Positions 35,568 through 46,866 of a stretch of DNA of 56,194 nucleotides are shown here, one piece after another (position 1 is the first letter of the stretch; each line of letters opens with the position of its first letter). The notes under the pieces were generated by a model. It was given only the letters and a program-made list of their open reading frames with translations, ran no database searches and was not told the origin of the DNA. The stretch is taken from the NCBI GenBank assembly GCA_001662655.1, contig KV460237.1. One strand, 5' to 3'. A program made the position numbers and the translations under genes. The stretch comes from Pseudogymnoascus verrucosus. Its lineage: Eukaryota.

Positions 35568-38023
35568 ATGAAGAGCGCACCTCTCATCGTCAACTGGCAC
35601 GACTCCAGCGCCCCGATCTACTCTGCCCATTTCGAGCCCAATGGCAAGAGGCTCGCGACGGCTGGTGGAGATAACAATGTGAGGGTATGTAGAACCCCCC
35701 CTCCCCGGCGACGTGCCGTGCTGACTGTCCGCTAGCTCTGGAGGGTTGATTCGGACGGCGAGGAACGGAGCGTGGAGTACCTGTCGACGCTTAGCAAGCA
35801 CTCCCAAGCAGTCAATGTCGTCCGTTTTGCCCCCAAAGGTACGAATACAAGCTTCCTACCACCCCGACAGAATTCTAATGAGACACAGGAGACCTCCTGG
35901 CTTCGGCGGGCGACGATGGAAATGTCCTGCTCTGGATCCCCGCTGAATCACACCACCCCCAAGCCGCGTTCGGCGACGACGCCTTGGAGGACAAGGAGAC
36001 ATGGCGCGTGAAGCATATGTGCCGGTCGTCCGGGTCGGAAATATACGATCTTGCGTGGTCGCCGGATGGCGTCTACTTCATCATCGGCAGTATGGACAAC
36101 ATTGCGAGGATATACAATGCCCAAACAGGTAGGTAGCCCAGTAACATCGTCGGCCGTGCAAAGCTGACAAGTGCCAGGTCAATTAGTTCGACAGATCGCT
36201 GAGCATAGCCACTACGTTCAAGGCGTCGCATGGGACCCTCTCAACGAATACGTCGCGACACAGTCCTCGGACAGATCGGTGCATATATACAGTCTGCGGA
36301 CAAAGGATGGGCATTTCACCTTGGAACAAGGGCCCCATAGGATTGCCAGCCATGCAAAGATCGACCTCCCTGGGCGAAGAGGCTCGCCTGCTCCCCCAGA
36401 TATCGGCATACGCTCTCAAATATCCAACGAATCTTCATATCTCGGTGCTGAGTCGCCAAAGCCATCAGAGCCGAGCACGCCAACTGCCCACGGTCTGCCC
36501 ATGAACCCGCCGAGCACGATCAGCCATAGTAGGAGATCATCATTCGGCTCGTCCACTTCAATGCGGAGATCGGCGTCGCCAGCGCCGTCAATGCCTCTCC
36601 CGGCTGTTATGCCCATGGAAGCGTCCCCGAAGCCAGGACACGGGTTGGGAGTCAAGAATGCGAATATATACGCCAATGAAACTCTCACCTCGTTCTTCCG
36701 GCGGCTGACGTTCACTCAAGATGGAAGTCTCCTGCTTACTCCGGCTGGACAATACTCTATCCCCCATCCTGGAGAGAACGAGGGACATAGGGCGGCGTAT
36801 GAAATAATCAACACTGTCTATATCTACACAAGAGGCGGGATCAACAAACCCCCAATTGCACATCTCCCTGGACACAAGAAGCCGTCGGTAGCTGTCAAGT
36901 GTTCGCCTATATTTTATACTATAAGAGAGGGACCTGTCACGACTAAAAACATCACCATTGACACCTCGTCATCTGAAGAATCCATACCTGCCTTGCCGGA
37001 GCCGGTCATCTCTTCTCCTACTCCTGATACGCCACCTAAGGTTCAGAAGTCGCCGTTCCTACACCCTAGCGATCCAGGCCCGACGTCAACGCCGAAGAAG
37101 CTGGAGGTGGCAACTGGTGCGGTTTCACCTGGCCCGCCAATGGCATTTTCGCTGCCGTATCGCATGGTCTACGCTGTTGCCACGCAAGACTCGGTTTTGC
37201 TGTATGATACGCAACAGCAAACGCCTCTGTGCATCGTGAGCAACCTGCACTGCGCAACCTTTACAGATTTGACATGGTATGTCCCTGCCAAACCTGGACC
37301 TCCCACCCCTATCCTAACAGTTATTACAGGTCCAACGACGGCCTAACCCTCCTCATGACCTCCTCCGACGGCTTCTGCTCCACCCTCACCTTCTCTCCCT
37401 CCGAGCTCGGCGAACCATACACCCCCGACTCATCCACCACAAAGCCCGATGTCCCAACTCAACAACCCATCTCCCTCTCCTCCCAAAACACACCCATCCC
37501 AACACCCACCTCCGCCGTCTGCCCCCCATCCCCATTCCCCGGCCCATCCCGCCACCGCACGCCCTCCAACCCCCCTCCAGCCGAAGCCACCGCCACCCAA
37601 TCCGCCTCCGCCGCTGTCTCCGGCCGTCCCGCCTCGCCCACGCGCACAAACTCCACAAGCTCCATCATCTCCACGCAGTCCCCCTTCGCGCCCTCCGCCT
37701 TTGGCGCGCCCAATGTGAGTTATCCCACCGGAACGGTTGTTAGCAACCCCCCGCTGGTGTCGGGGAGCGTGCCGGGCATTACGGCGGGCTCGTTCGTCGT
37801 GCCAGCTGTTAATATGACGACGCCGCCGCAGACGCCGAGGAGTGCCGCGAGTAGTGTTAGTGGTGCGGTGGCGGGAGGGGTGAAGAGGGATGCGGGGGGT
37901 GTAAGTGAGGATGAGAGTGGTAAGGAAGCTGCTCTAGTAAGGGATGGGGAGGGTAAGAAGGAGGGACCGGCGCCGAAGAAGAGGAAGATCGCGCCGACGC
38001 TGATTGGGGAGTTGAAGAGGTGA
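35568..38023 (+). CDS. CAC2: Chromatin assembly factor 1 subunit B (p60/Cac2), WD40; exons 35568-35684, 35736-35838, 35889-36128, 36178-37276, 37330-38023
   Basis: MKSAPLIVNWHDSSAPIYSAHF...RLATAGGDNNVR, YLSTLSKHSQAVNVVRF, EIYDLAWSPDG, EHSHYVQGVAWDP, SFFRRLTF, LPYRMVYAVAT, NLHCATFTDLTW. The C-terminal KKRKIAPTLI is an Asf1-binding B-domain-like motif. Four canonical introns. Confidence 0.95.
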
Positions 38024-38549
38024 TTGGTGGTTGTTTGTTCTTCTTTATGGGTAGGGCTTTCTTTTACTCCGCTCTACTCCTGGAAGGTTGGGAGGGGAGG
38101 TTACTGTCTGCGAAAATGGAAGTTCTGGGAAGGAAAGGGGGGGATTATCTCTGGTCTTGTGGGTATTTTTTGGCATCTGTATGTAGCGGTAAGCGGGAGT
38201 TATATTTTTGCGAATGGAAGAGTGTGTTTGGGCTGGGCCTGGCTGGGTAGTGTGGTGTCATGGGGTAGTGGATGGGGGGAATAGGGGGAATGGGGGGATA
38301 CGGCATCATTTATGGGTGTATTATTGTCGCTGCTCTTTGTGGCGACGGAAGGGTGGTATGGTTTGCAGGAAAGCAAGGTAGCCTGAAAGCCTGAAGGCAA
38401 GGGGTTTGAGATATTTTAGGCAATAGAGTTCTCATAAACCGGAGTTCAAAGATGAAATTGAGGGTTTACATGACATTTATCGTTGATACGGATTTCCCAA
38501 AGGGGGTTCAATATTGGTACTTCGGTATGTCGCTACTACAATCCCACCC

Positions 38550-38662
38550 ACGCCCGCGGAACCGGCACTTCAAGGCCGGGACTCCACGTTAAATTGAAAA
38601 AGCGCCTGCGCACAGACCACAACGCGGATTTCACCCCTTGCTGGCGCGTCCAGTGCGCGTTT
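38550..38662. promoter_or_regulatory. Cluster of CGCG-core (MCB-like) elements upstream of MSH6
   Basis: CCGCGG (~38554), AACGCGG (38621), GGCGCGT (38643) and TGCGCGTTT (38654). MSH6 is a known MBF/G1-S target in yeasts; function here is inferred. Confidence 0.45.
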
Positions 38663-38848
38663 GTCCAATCGTCCACTGGTCACCCTGATATATCAACTTC
38701 AACCTCGACCTTCAACCCCTTGGACCCCCTTTGTAATACCCTCAACCTTACCCTTTTTTTACCCTACCAATCCTAAATCGGGAGGTTGATGGGATCGTCT
38801 TTCTTTGTTTAATTTGTTCAATAGAGCCAAAGCAGAATACCACCCACC

Positions 38849-41800
38849 ATGGCGAAATCCGAAAAATCAACCACCACCCCCTCGCGCCCTGCCCCGGCCA
38901 GGAAACAGGCCAGTTCCGCCGCGCCCTCGACAAGCAAGAACCAGAGATCGATCTTAGGCTTCTTTTCCAAGGCCCCGACCGCGGGACTGCCGCTGCTGAA
39001 GAAACAAGCTAGCCCCCCCGCGACGCTGGAGGGTGCTCAGACCGATGGCCCTGCTGCAGCGAGGACACCGGCGGGGAAGGCGGTGGGGAAGGTGGGAAAA
39101 GCGGTGAAGAAGATGGATAGGACGCCGGTGGCGAGTAGTGATGTTATTGAACCGCCGAGCTCGCAGGGTGGGGGAGATAAGAATGCGGTTGTGCAGAGTA
39201 GTCCATCGAGGAGGGCGAAGAGGCCTGTGAGCTACGAGGAGCCGGATGAGGACGATGAGGATGATGAAGCGCCTGTGGCGGCGAGGAGGAGCAAGTCGAG
39301 GAAGAAAGTTATTGACAGTGATGATGATGACGATGAGGATGTGTTTGTTGGCGAGGTTGATGAGGAGAGTGATGATGATGGTGAGTTCTCGCGACGGGCC
39401 TTCAGATCGGAGATAGATGCTGACGTTGATCAATAGATATGGACGACTTTATAGCTTCAGAGGACTCTGATGCTGCGCCCTCGAAATCGAAGAAAAGGAA
39501 GAGGCCATCGCCATCCAAGACGCCTTCGAGGAAACGATCATATGCTCCGTCTCCGCTTCCTCCTGTTGTTGATGATGATGTGGAGATGGGGGATAGCCAG
39601 GGATCAAGCGCGCAGAGATGGAAGTACGACCCTGATGACACCAAACCGCTGCAGCCGCGCTCGTCGAATATCATTCGCAAGCCAAAGCCAACCTCAAGCG
39701 ATCTAGCCAAGAAACAAAAGCCTAGCAAGTCGGAGCCGGAACATCGTTACACTTGGCTCGCGAACCTCCTCGACATGGACCGCAACCCACCCGGCCACCC
39801 CGACTACGATCCTCGCACGGTGTATATTCCGCCAAACGCCTGGACAGGCTTCAGCGCCTTTGAGAAGCAGTACTGGCAGATCAAGCAGAAGTTCTGGAAC
39901 ACCATCGTCTTCTTCAAGAAGGGCAAGTTCTACGAGCTCTACGAGAACGACGCCACCATCGGCCACCAGCTGTTCGACCTCAAGCTCACTGACCGCGTCA
40001 ACATGCGCATGGTCGGCGTGCCCGAGTCCTCGCTCGACCACTGGGCCAACCAGTTCGTGGCGAAGGGCTACAAGATCGCCAGGGTCGATCAGATGGAGTC
40101 GGCGCTCGGGAAGGAGATGCGCGAGCGCGAGGACAGCGTCGGTGGCGCGAAGGCGAAAAAGGTCGATAAGATCATCCATCGCGAGCTAGCGTGCGTACTG
40201 ACCAAGGGGACGCTGGTGGAGGGGAGCATGCTCGAGGACGACATGGCGACGTACTGTGTGGCGATCAAGGAGACGACGACGACTGCGGATGATCTGCCGA
40301 CGTTTGGCATTGCATTCGTGGACACGGCGACGGGGCAGTTCTTCCTGTCCGAGTTCGTCGACGATGTCGACCTGACCAAATTCGAGACCTTTGTGGCGCA
40401 GACGCGACCGCAGGAGTTGCTGCTGGAGAAGTCGTGTATTTCCGTCAAGGCGCTGCGGATTCTGAAGAATAATACCAGCCCGACCACTATCTGGAACTAT
40501 CTGAAGACGGGGAAGGAGTTTTGGGGCGCTGATGTCACGAAGAGGGAACTTGACTGCAGTGGATACTTTCTGACTGAGGAGCCGGGAGCAGATGAGGAAT
40601 GGCCGGCTACGCTCACCGAGGCGAAGGATAAGGAGATCATCATGTCCGCCTTCGGTGCGCTGGTGCAGTACCTCCGATCCTTGAAACTGGACCGAGACCT
40701 CCTCTCCCAGCGCAACTTCGCCTGGTACAGCCCGATCCAGAAATCGACCACCCTGGTCCTCGACGGACAGACCCTCATCAACCTCGAGATCTTCGCCAAT
40801 ACCTATGATGGAGGGCAGGCGGGGACGCTCTTCAAGATGCTCAACCGCTGCATCACGCCGTTCGGGAAGCGCATGTTCCGCCAGTGGGTCTGCCATCCCC
40901 TGGCAGATGCGAAGAAGATCAATGAGCGTCTCGACGCTGTGGACATGCTCAATGCGGATAGTACGCTTCGGGAGCAGTTCACGGGGCAGATGACTAGGAT
41001 GCCTGATCTCGAGCGGTTGATATCGCGCATCCACGCTGGAGTGTGCAGGCCGGACGACTTCGTCCGCGTCCTCGAGGGCTTCGAGCAGATTGAGTATACG
41101 ATGAGCATGCTGGGTGCATTTGGCGGGGGGGATGGCATCATCGACCGTCTCATATCTGGGATGCCTGATCTCATTGGGCCGCTCGAGTACTGGAAGACGG
41201 CGTTTGACCGCACCAAGGCTCGCGATGAAAGACTTCTGGTCCCCGAGCGTGGGATAGAGGAGGACTTTGATGATAGCGAGGACCGCATTCTGGGCATCAA
41301 ACAAGAATTATTCGGACTCAAGAAGGAGTGGGCAGCCAAGCTCGGCACCAAGGGTGTCCAATTCAAAGACATCGGCAAGGAAATCTACCAGCTCGAAGTC
41401 CCTGTCAAGAACTCCAAGGCCGTTCCCAAGGACTGGACCATGGTCTCCTCCACCAAGTCGGAGAAGCGCTACTACTTCCCCGAACTCAAAACTCTCGTAC
41501 GCGCACTCCAAGAGGCACAAGAGACGCACGGTCAGATTGTCAAGGCGACCGCCGGCCGCTTCTTCCAGCGCTTCGACAAGGACTACACTACCTGGCTCAC
41601 TGCCGTGAACATCATCGCGCAGCTCGACTGCCTCATTTCCCTCGCGCGTGCCTCCGCTGGCCTCAGCTCCCCCAGCTGCCGTCCCTCCTTCGTGGACACC
41701 GAACGCACCGTCGTCGACTTCACGGAGCTGCGCCATCCCTGCGTCCTCCCCAACGTAACGGACTTCATCCCCAACTCCATCCGCCTCGGCGGCTCCGAGC

Positions 41801-42540
41801 CAAACATCAACCTCCTCACCGGCGCCAACGCAGCCGGCAAATCTACCATTCTCCGCATGACATGCATCGCCGCAATAATGGCGCAGATTGGGTGCTACGT
41901 CCCTGCGGAATCTGCAACTCTCACCCCAATCGACCGCATTATGTCCAGGCTGGGCGCAAACGACAACATCTTCGCGGCGCAATCGACCTTTTTCGTCGAG
42001 CTTTCTGAGACGAAGAAGATCCTCGCCGAAGCAACCCCGCGCTCCCTCGTCATCCTCGACGAGCTAGGCCGCGGTACAAGCTCCTACGACGGCGTCGCCG
42101 TCGCGCAGGCAGTTCTCCACCACGTCGCCACACACGTAGGCGCCATCGGCTTCTTCGCCACGCACTACCACTCCCTCGCCGCCGAGTTCGCAGGCCATCC
42201 CGAGATCGCGCCGCGCCGCATGGCCATCGACGTCGACGAGGCGGAGCGGAGAGTCACCTTCCTGTACCGCCTCGAGGAAGGCGTGGCGCAGGGCAGCTTC
42301 GGTATGCACTGCGCGAGCATGTGTGGGATTCCGCGCAAGGTGGTGGAGCGCGCGGAGGTTGCGGCGAAGGAGTGGGAGCACACGAGTCGGTTGACGGTGG
42401 GGCTAGAGGTGGCGAAGAGGGGGACGTATGTCCCGCTTGGGTGGCAGAGTGATATTGCGTGGATGCTGAAGGAGGGGAAGTTGGGAGAGGGGGCGGATAG
42501 GGGGGTTGAGGTGCTGATGAAGGCTATTGCGGGAATTTGA
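38849..42540 (+). CDS. MSH6: DNA mismatch repair protein MSH6; exons 38849-39380 and 39437-42540
   Basis: N-terminal PIP box QRSILGFF. YDPRTVYIP, mismatch-binding FFKKGKFYELYE, Walker A LTGANAAGKST, STFFVEL, LVILDELGRGTSSYDG and FATHYH. Intron GTGAGT...CTGAC...TAG (39381-39436). Confidence 0.97.
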
Positions 42541-42793
42541 GCGTGGGGAGGATGTGTTGATGTGATGGAGTGCGTGGCGTGTATTTGGGACGGAGTTGGC
42601 CGGGCTTCAGGTAGCTATTTCGTTATCTTGTTTGGGGTACTTGGGCTATAGCTATGTGTGCACTGTAGATGGTTGGACCTTGTTGGATTGGCAGATGCGG
42701 ATATGAAGCTAATTCTACATTGCAATACATGGCGCCTCCTTCCCATCTATCTTACCTTGCGTGGCATGCTCTATTTATTTGTCTCCGGGTATA

Positions 42794-43793
42794 TCACAGC
42801 TTCTTCTTTGGCCCAACCGCCGTCGTCTGAACCACCTCGCCCACCCTAGGTGTCATCCCACCTCCAAACTTCCCCTGCCTAACCTTCTCTGCAATCGCAT
42901 CCCACACCCACGCCATCTTCAACCCCTTCCCAGGCCCCATCTCACTAACCGCAAACTCCCAGGCCCCCCTCCCGGCCCAAAACCCCTTGCCCACCCACCA
43001 CGGCCGCTTCTCCGCCGATCCCACCCTGCAGAAGTTTACGGCATTCAGCCGAAAGCCGTCCACCACTGCGAGATCCCCTACTGCGAGCGTTGTGGTCTGT
43101 GGTATCCCGCCCGCGTTTATGGTCTTGATGTCGGCCTCGGCGGTCTTGGGGAGGGATGCGACGTATCGGTTGAGCAGCTCGGGGGAGTAGCGTGTGTAGG
43201 AAGGGAGGTGGAGGTACATGGCGACGACGCGAGGGGCGCATACGTAGGACGAGATTATAAAGGCAACGGCAGCTGCGAGGGGTTTAGCTTAGAGATGGGT
43301 AGGGGATGGGAGTAGGGCAAGTATGAGCCACTTAGCGCCGTCATGATCTCAAGCGGAGGAGCATTGGCGTGTGGGGTGGGGAGCTTACCGGTTAGGAATG
43401 TCGAGGCTACTTCTGTGTGGCCAAACAGCAGGAATGGCACGGGCGCGGAAACTGAAATGATGCTACTGATCCTCATAAATCCTACGACCACTGTCGGTGC
43501 CGTGCCGGCGTGGTAAATAGGGAGACGGACAGGATAGACTACATTAAGGCGTTAACTCTAGGTGTTTTTGGGACAGGTGGTAGGGAGAACGGACTCGGCT
43601 TGCCGCTGGGCGGCTTGGAGGGGAGGGGAGGGGAGGGGCCCTTGGCTGTAGGTTTTGTCGTCAAGGGGCGGGTTCTTGAAGAGTTCGCTGCGCAGGCAAG
43701 GGCTTCCCATTGGTCTCGGATTCGGAAGTGTGAGGATGCGTGGAGTCGCCGGGGCAAGAGGCGCGCCTGCTGGGCGCATCGGAGGATAAGCAT
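42794..43793 (-). CDS. Conserved hypothetical, probably mitochondrial membrane protein; 3 exons (43793-~43600, 43538-43389, 43272-42794)
   Basis: Arg-rich presequence MLILRCAQQARLLPRRLH. The middle exon reads YPVRLPIYHAGT...hydrophobic, and the last exon AVAFIISSYVCAPRVVAMYLHLPSYTRYSPELL. Intron 2 is canonical (GTAAGC...CTAAA...CAG); the intron 1 donor is ambiguous (GTCCGT or GCAAGC, both phase 1). Confidence 0.7.
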
Positions 43794-44181
43794 GGCGTAG
43801 TTGTCTTATGACAGTTTATGTGGACTGCGGAGGGAGATCGCGCGGTGGGAAATGGGGTGTGTTGGATTGGATCGAGGCGTACCCCGCAAAGAACCGACGC
43901 GTTTGGCTACCTCATGTGCAAGGACTGTATTGAAGATGGGTCGGATGGATATTCGGCTGTAGATGTGTCGAAGGGCTTGATAATAATGGTGATTGCAGGT
44001 GGGATCGAGCGCAATTGTGTAGATATAGAAGTTGAAATGTAGGATGGAGGTTCAATGTTGAATAATTCTTGCAAGGCTGAAGGTGAAGGAAGGTACTACT
44101 GTATAATACTGGTGGTATATATGGTAAGCGCGATAGACTGGGGTACATAAGACGCTACTAGCTGGCGCTTAACTGTGGGGC

Positions 44182-44475
44182 GCCGTTCTGGCGTAATTGG
44201 ATTGTAAGTGGCTGACCTGCGAGGGACATGATCAGTTCGAACCCCGGCCAAGGCTGAAGGGTTCACTGAGAAATTCTTTCGCAGTATTGAGGGCTCTGCG
44301 GTCGTCTAATAAACACCAAAGAGAGCAGGGTTGTCCTGACAAGCGAGATCTTCGCTTGTTCAGTAATGCTCCTCCCACTTATCGTAAAAAGTAGCCTCGA
44401 CACTTCCTCTCACCCAGGAAGAAATCGGCGAAAGATGCGGTGAGTGGGAAGGTTCAAGTCTGCCGCCATTTTTTT
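44182..44475 (+). ncRNA. Putative RNA polymerase III unit: degenerate tRNA-like leader plus ~210-nt structured RNA, family unassigned
   Basis: A-box TGGCGTAATTGG (44189-44200) and B-box AGTTCGAACCC (44234-44244). Hairpins at 44336-44363 and 44403-44451, a second B-box-like GGTTCAAGTC (44451-44460) and a T7 run (44469-44475). There is no internal T4 run. Confidence 0.5.
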
Positions 44476-44834
44476 CTATGGAGAATTTTTTTTATCTTTT
44501 GATCTTGGCATGAACGTGCTGTTTATACTGTCTTTATTTCTTATCATTTCCAGGTGTAGTTTGGCCCCCTGGCTGGGGATTTGATGCGGACCCTGGCAAG
44601 GAGGATAAATAAGCGCGTTTAGCGGCGGGAACGATCAGATCGGGATACGATAAGATAAGATCTAGCCGCATCCTCAGTCCAGTCGTGAACATGAAACTCG
44701 CGAACGTGGCTTCAAACGAAACCCATCTGAGCATATCCCACAATCCCTCTCACAACCTCATGATCTCCACAGCTGAGCGGTGATGCAGCTGGCAGAGATT
44801 ACCGAGGCTCGCTGACCACCGCTAAACTGCCGCC

Positions 44835-46078
44835 ATGGCTCCCCAATTGATGCCACGGTTCTCGACCATCTTCCTCCTCTTCGCCGCCTTCCTCCTCCAC
44901 CACGTCTCAGCATACACCCCTCTCTCTGATACGACTCTGAAGAATCTTCCCTCCCCCGGTACCGACTTCGATATTCACACCGGCGCCCTCCTTGCGCCCA
45001 TCCTCATACCCCGCGTCCCTGGTACCGAAGGCTCCACAAAGGTCCTCAACCACTTCGTCGACTTCTTCCAGACCCACCTTCCCAAATGGACCGTCGCCTT
45101 CCAGAACTCTACCTCCAAGACCCCCGCCACCGGCTCTCGCGATGTTCCGTTCGTCAACCTGATCCTGACGCGCGACCCGCCATGGGCACAGCCGGGCAAC
45201 GTCGGCCGTCTCGCTCTCGTCGCCCACTATGACAGCAAGGTCGAGCCAAAGGGCTTCATCGGCGCAACGGATAGTGCGGCTCCATGCGCGATGATAATGC
45301 ATGCGGCGCGCAGTGTGGATGAAGCGCTGACGAGGAAGTGGGAGAAGATGGTGAAGGACGGCGTGGATGAGAACAGGGGACAAGAGCAGGGTCTGCAAAT
45401 ACTTTTGCTGGATGGGGAGGAGGCGTTTGTCGACTGGACGGACACGGATTCGCTCTATGGCGCGAGGTGAGATTTTAGCCCTTCATCTTTGCAATACTTC
45501 AGCTCCGTTCCCGTCACTTCACAAGCAGTCACTGACACATCACAACCAGATCCCTTGCGGAAGCGATGCACGCCGAGCCCCACCCCGCTCTCTCTATCTA
45601 CCGCACCCCTCTCCATTCCATCAGCCTCTTCATGCTACTCGACCTGCTTGGCGCCCCTGGCCCTGCGGTCCCCTCCTACTGGAAAACCACCCACTGGGCC
45701 TACAAGCACATGGCGACGCTAGAATCCCGCCTCCGCTCTCCTGCGATCGCCACCGCAAAGTCCACACCCGCCACTCCCTTTCTCGTCGACGCCGAAAAGA
45801 AGAACGGCCCGTGGCTTGGGCCTATGATGCAGGATGACCATGTGCCGTTCCTCAAGCGCGGCGTCGAAATCCTGCATCTTATCCCCCACCCGTTCCCGGA
45901 CGCGTGGCACAAAATCACGGATGATGGCGAGCACCTTGACCCAGCTAGCGTAGAAGACTGGGCTATGATCACCACGGCATTTGTGGCGGAATGGATGGAT
46001 CTCGAGGGCTATTTTCCTGCGGCAAAGAAGCAGGTTGGAAGAGCGGCGGAAGAGGCAGGCAGGAAGACTGAGCTGTGA
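44835..46078 (+). CDS. Glutaminyl-peptide cyclotransferase (M28 family), secretory; exons 44835-45466 and 45550-46078
   Basis: Signal peptide. ILIPRVPGT, LVAHYDSK, FIGATDSAAPCA, LLDGEEAFVDW, DSLYGARSLA, LLDLLG, DDHVPF and WHKITDD. Confidence 0.93.
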
Positions 46079-46866
46079 GTTGTATGCGGTTTTGCGCACG
46101 ATTTGCTACGGCGCTTATTTTTTGTACATAGGGAGTCTTAGGGATTTTGACACGGTACCAGCTCAGGAAAATAACTCTTCAACATTCGAGGTGTGAAGCC
46201 CTCCCCCACGCACGTGAGGATATGGATTTTTGGGAAAGTGAAAGAGTAGGGGAATGAATTCTTAAACATGTCTTTACCGACTGTAGAGTAGCCACTAGAG
46301 CACCGAGACCACAAAAGACCCCAATATCGTATAAACCCTTCGCCTATAAAGTCGCAGTCAATCAATGTCTTGGGTGATGTACGGCTGTGGATCACATGCG
46401 ATGGAGGTTCGCAAGCGTCATAATACTGTCATCACCATGGCAACGTCGATAAACAATGTCAACACCAAACTCCATTTTGGTGCCAATATACCAGCCTCAG
46501 TCGCCTTATCGATAGCCATCAATTGGATGGCGTCCTTGAAAGTGGATCACAAAATCTCACTGTTCTAGGCCCGCTACCCTGCAGGATTGGAGATTACGTT
46601 GTGTTTACTGTGGTACAGTTTACATCCTCGTCAACCAACAGATCTCGATCTACAAGGCCGCCGATCGCTCGGCCTCATCACCCATCTATCATCTATCCCC
46701 GTCACATCGAAAGACACAAGTTCTGAGAAACCTCACAGCCATACTCGTCTGGATACAGACCAGCACTGAACATTATAGCAAAGCGGCCATGGTCAACCCC
46801 ACCTAATAACTTCCCATCTGTCACCCATATCTCCTCCGCCTGGCGAACCGCCAGCTTCTCCCCACG

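Noticed and set aside
35203..35571. 122-aa ORF whose TGA overlaps the CAC2 ATG
   Set aside because: It could be a uORF, but has no protein-like features and probably begins upstream of the transcription start; it cannot be supported without transcript data.
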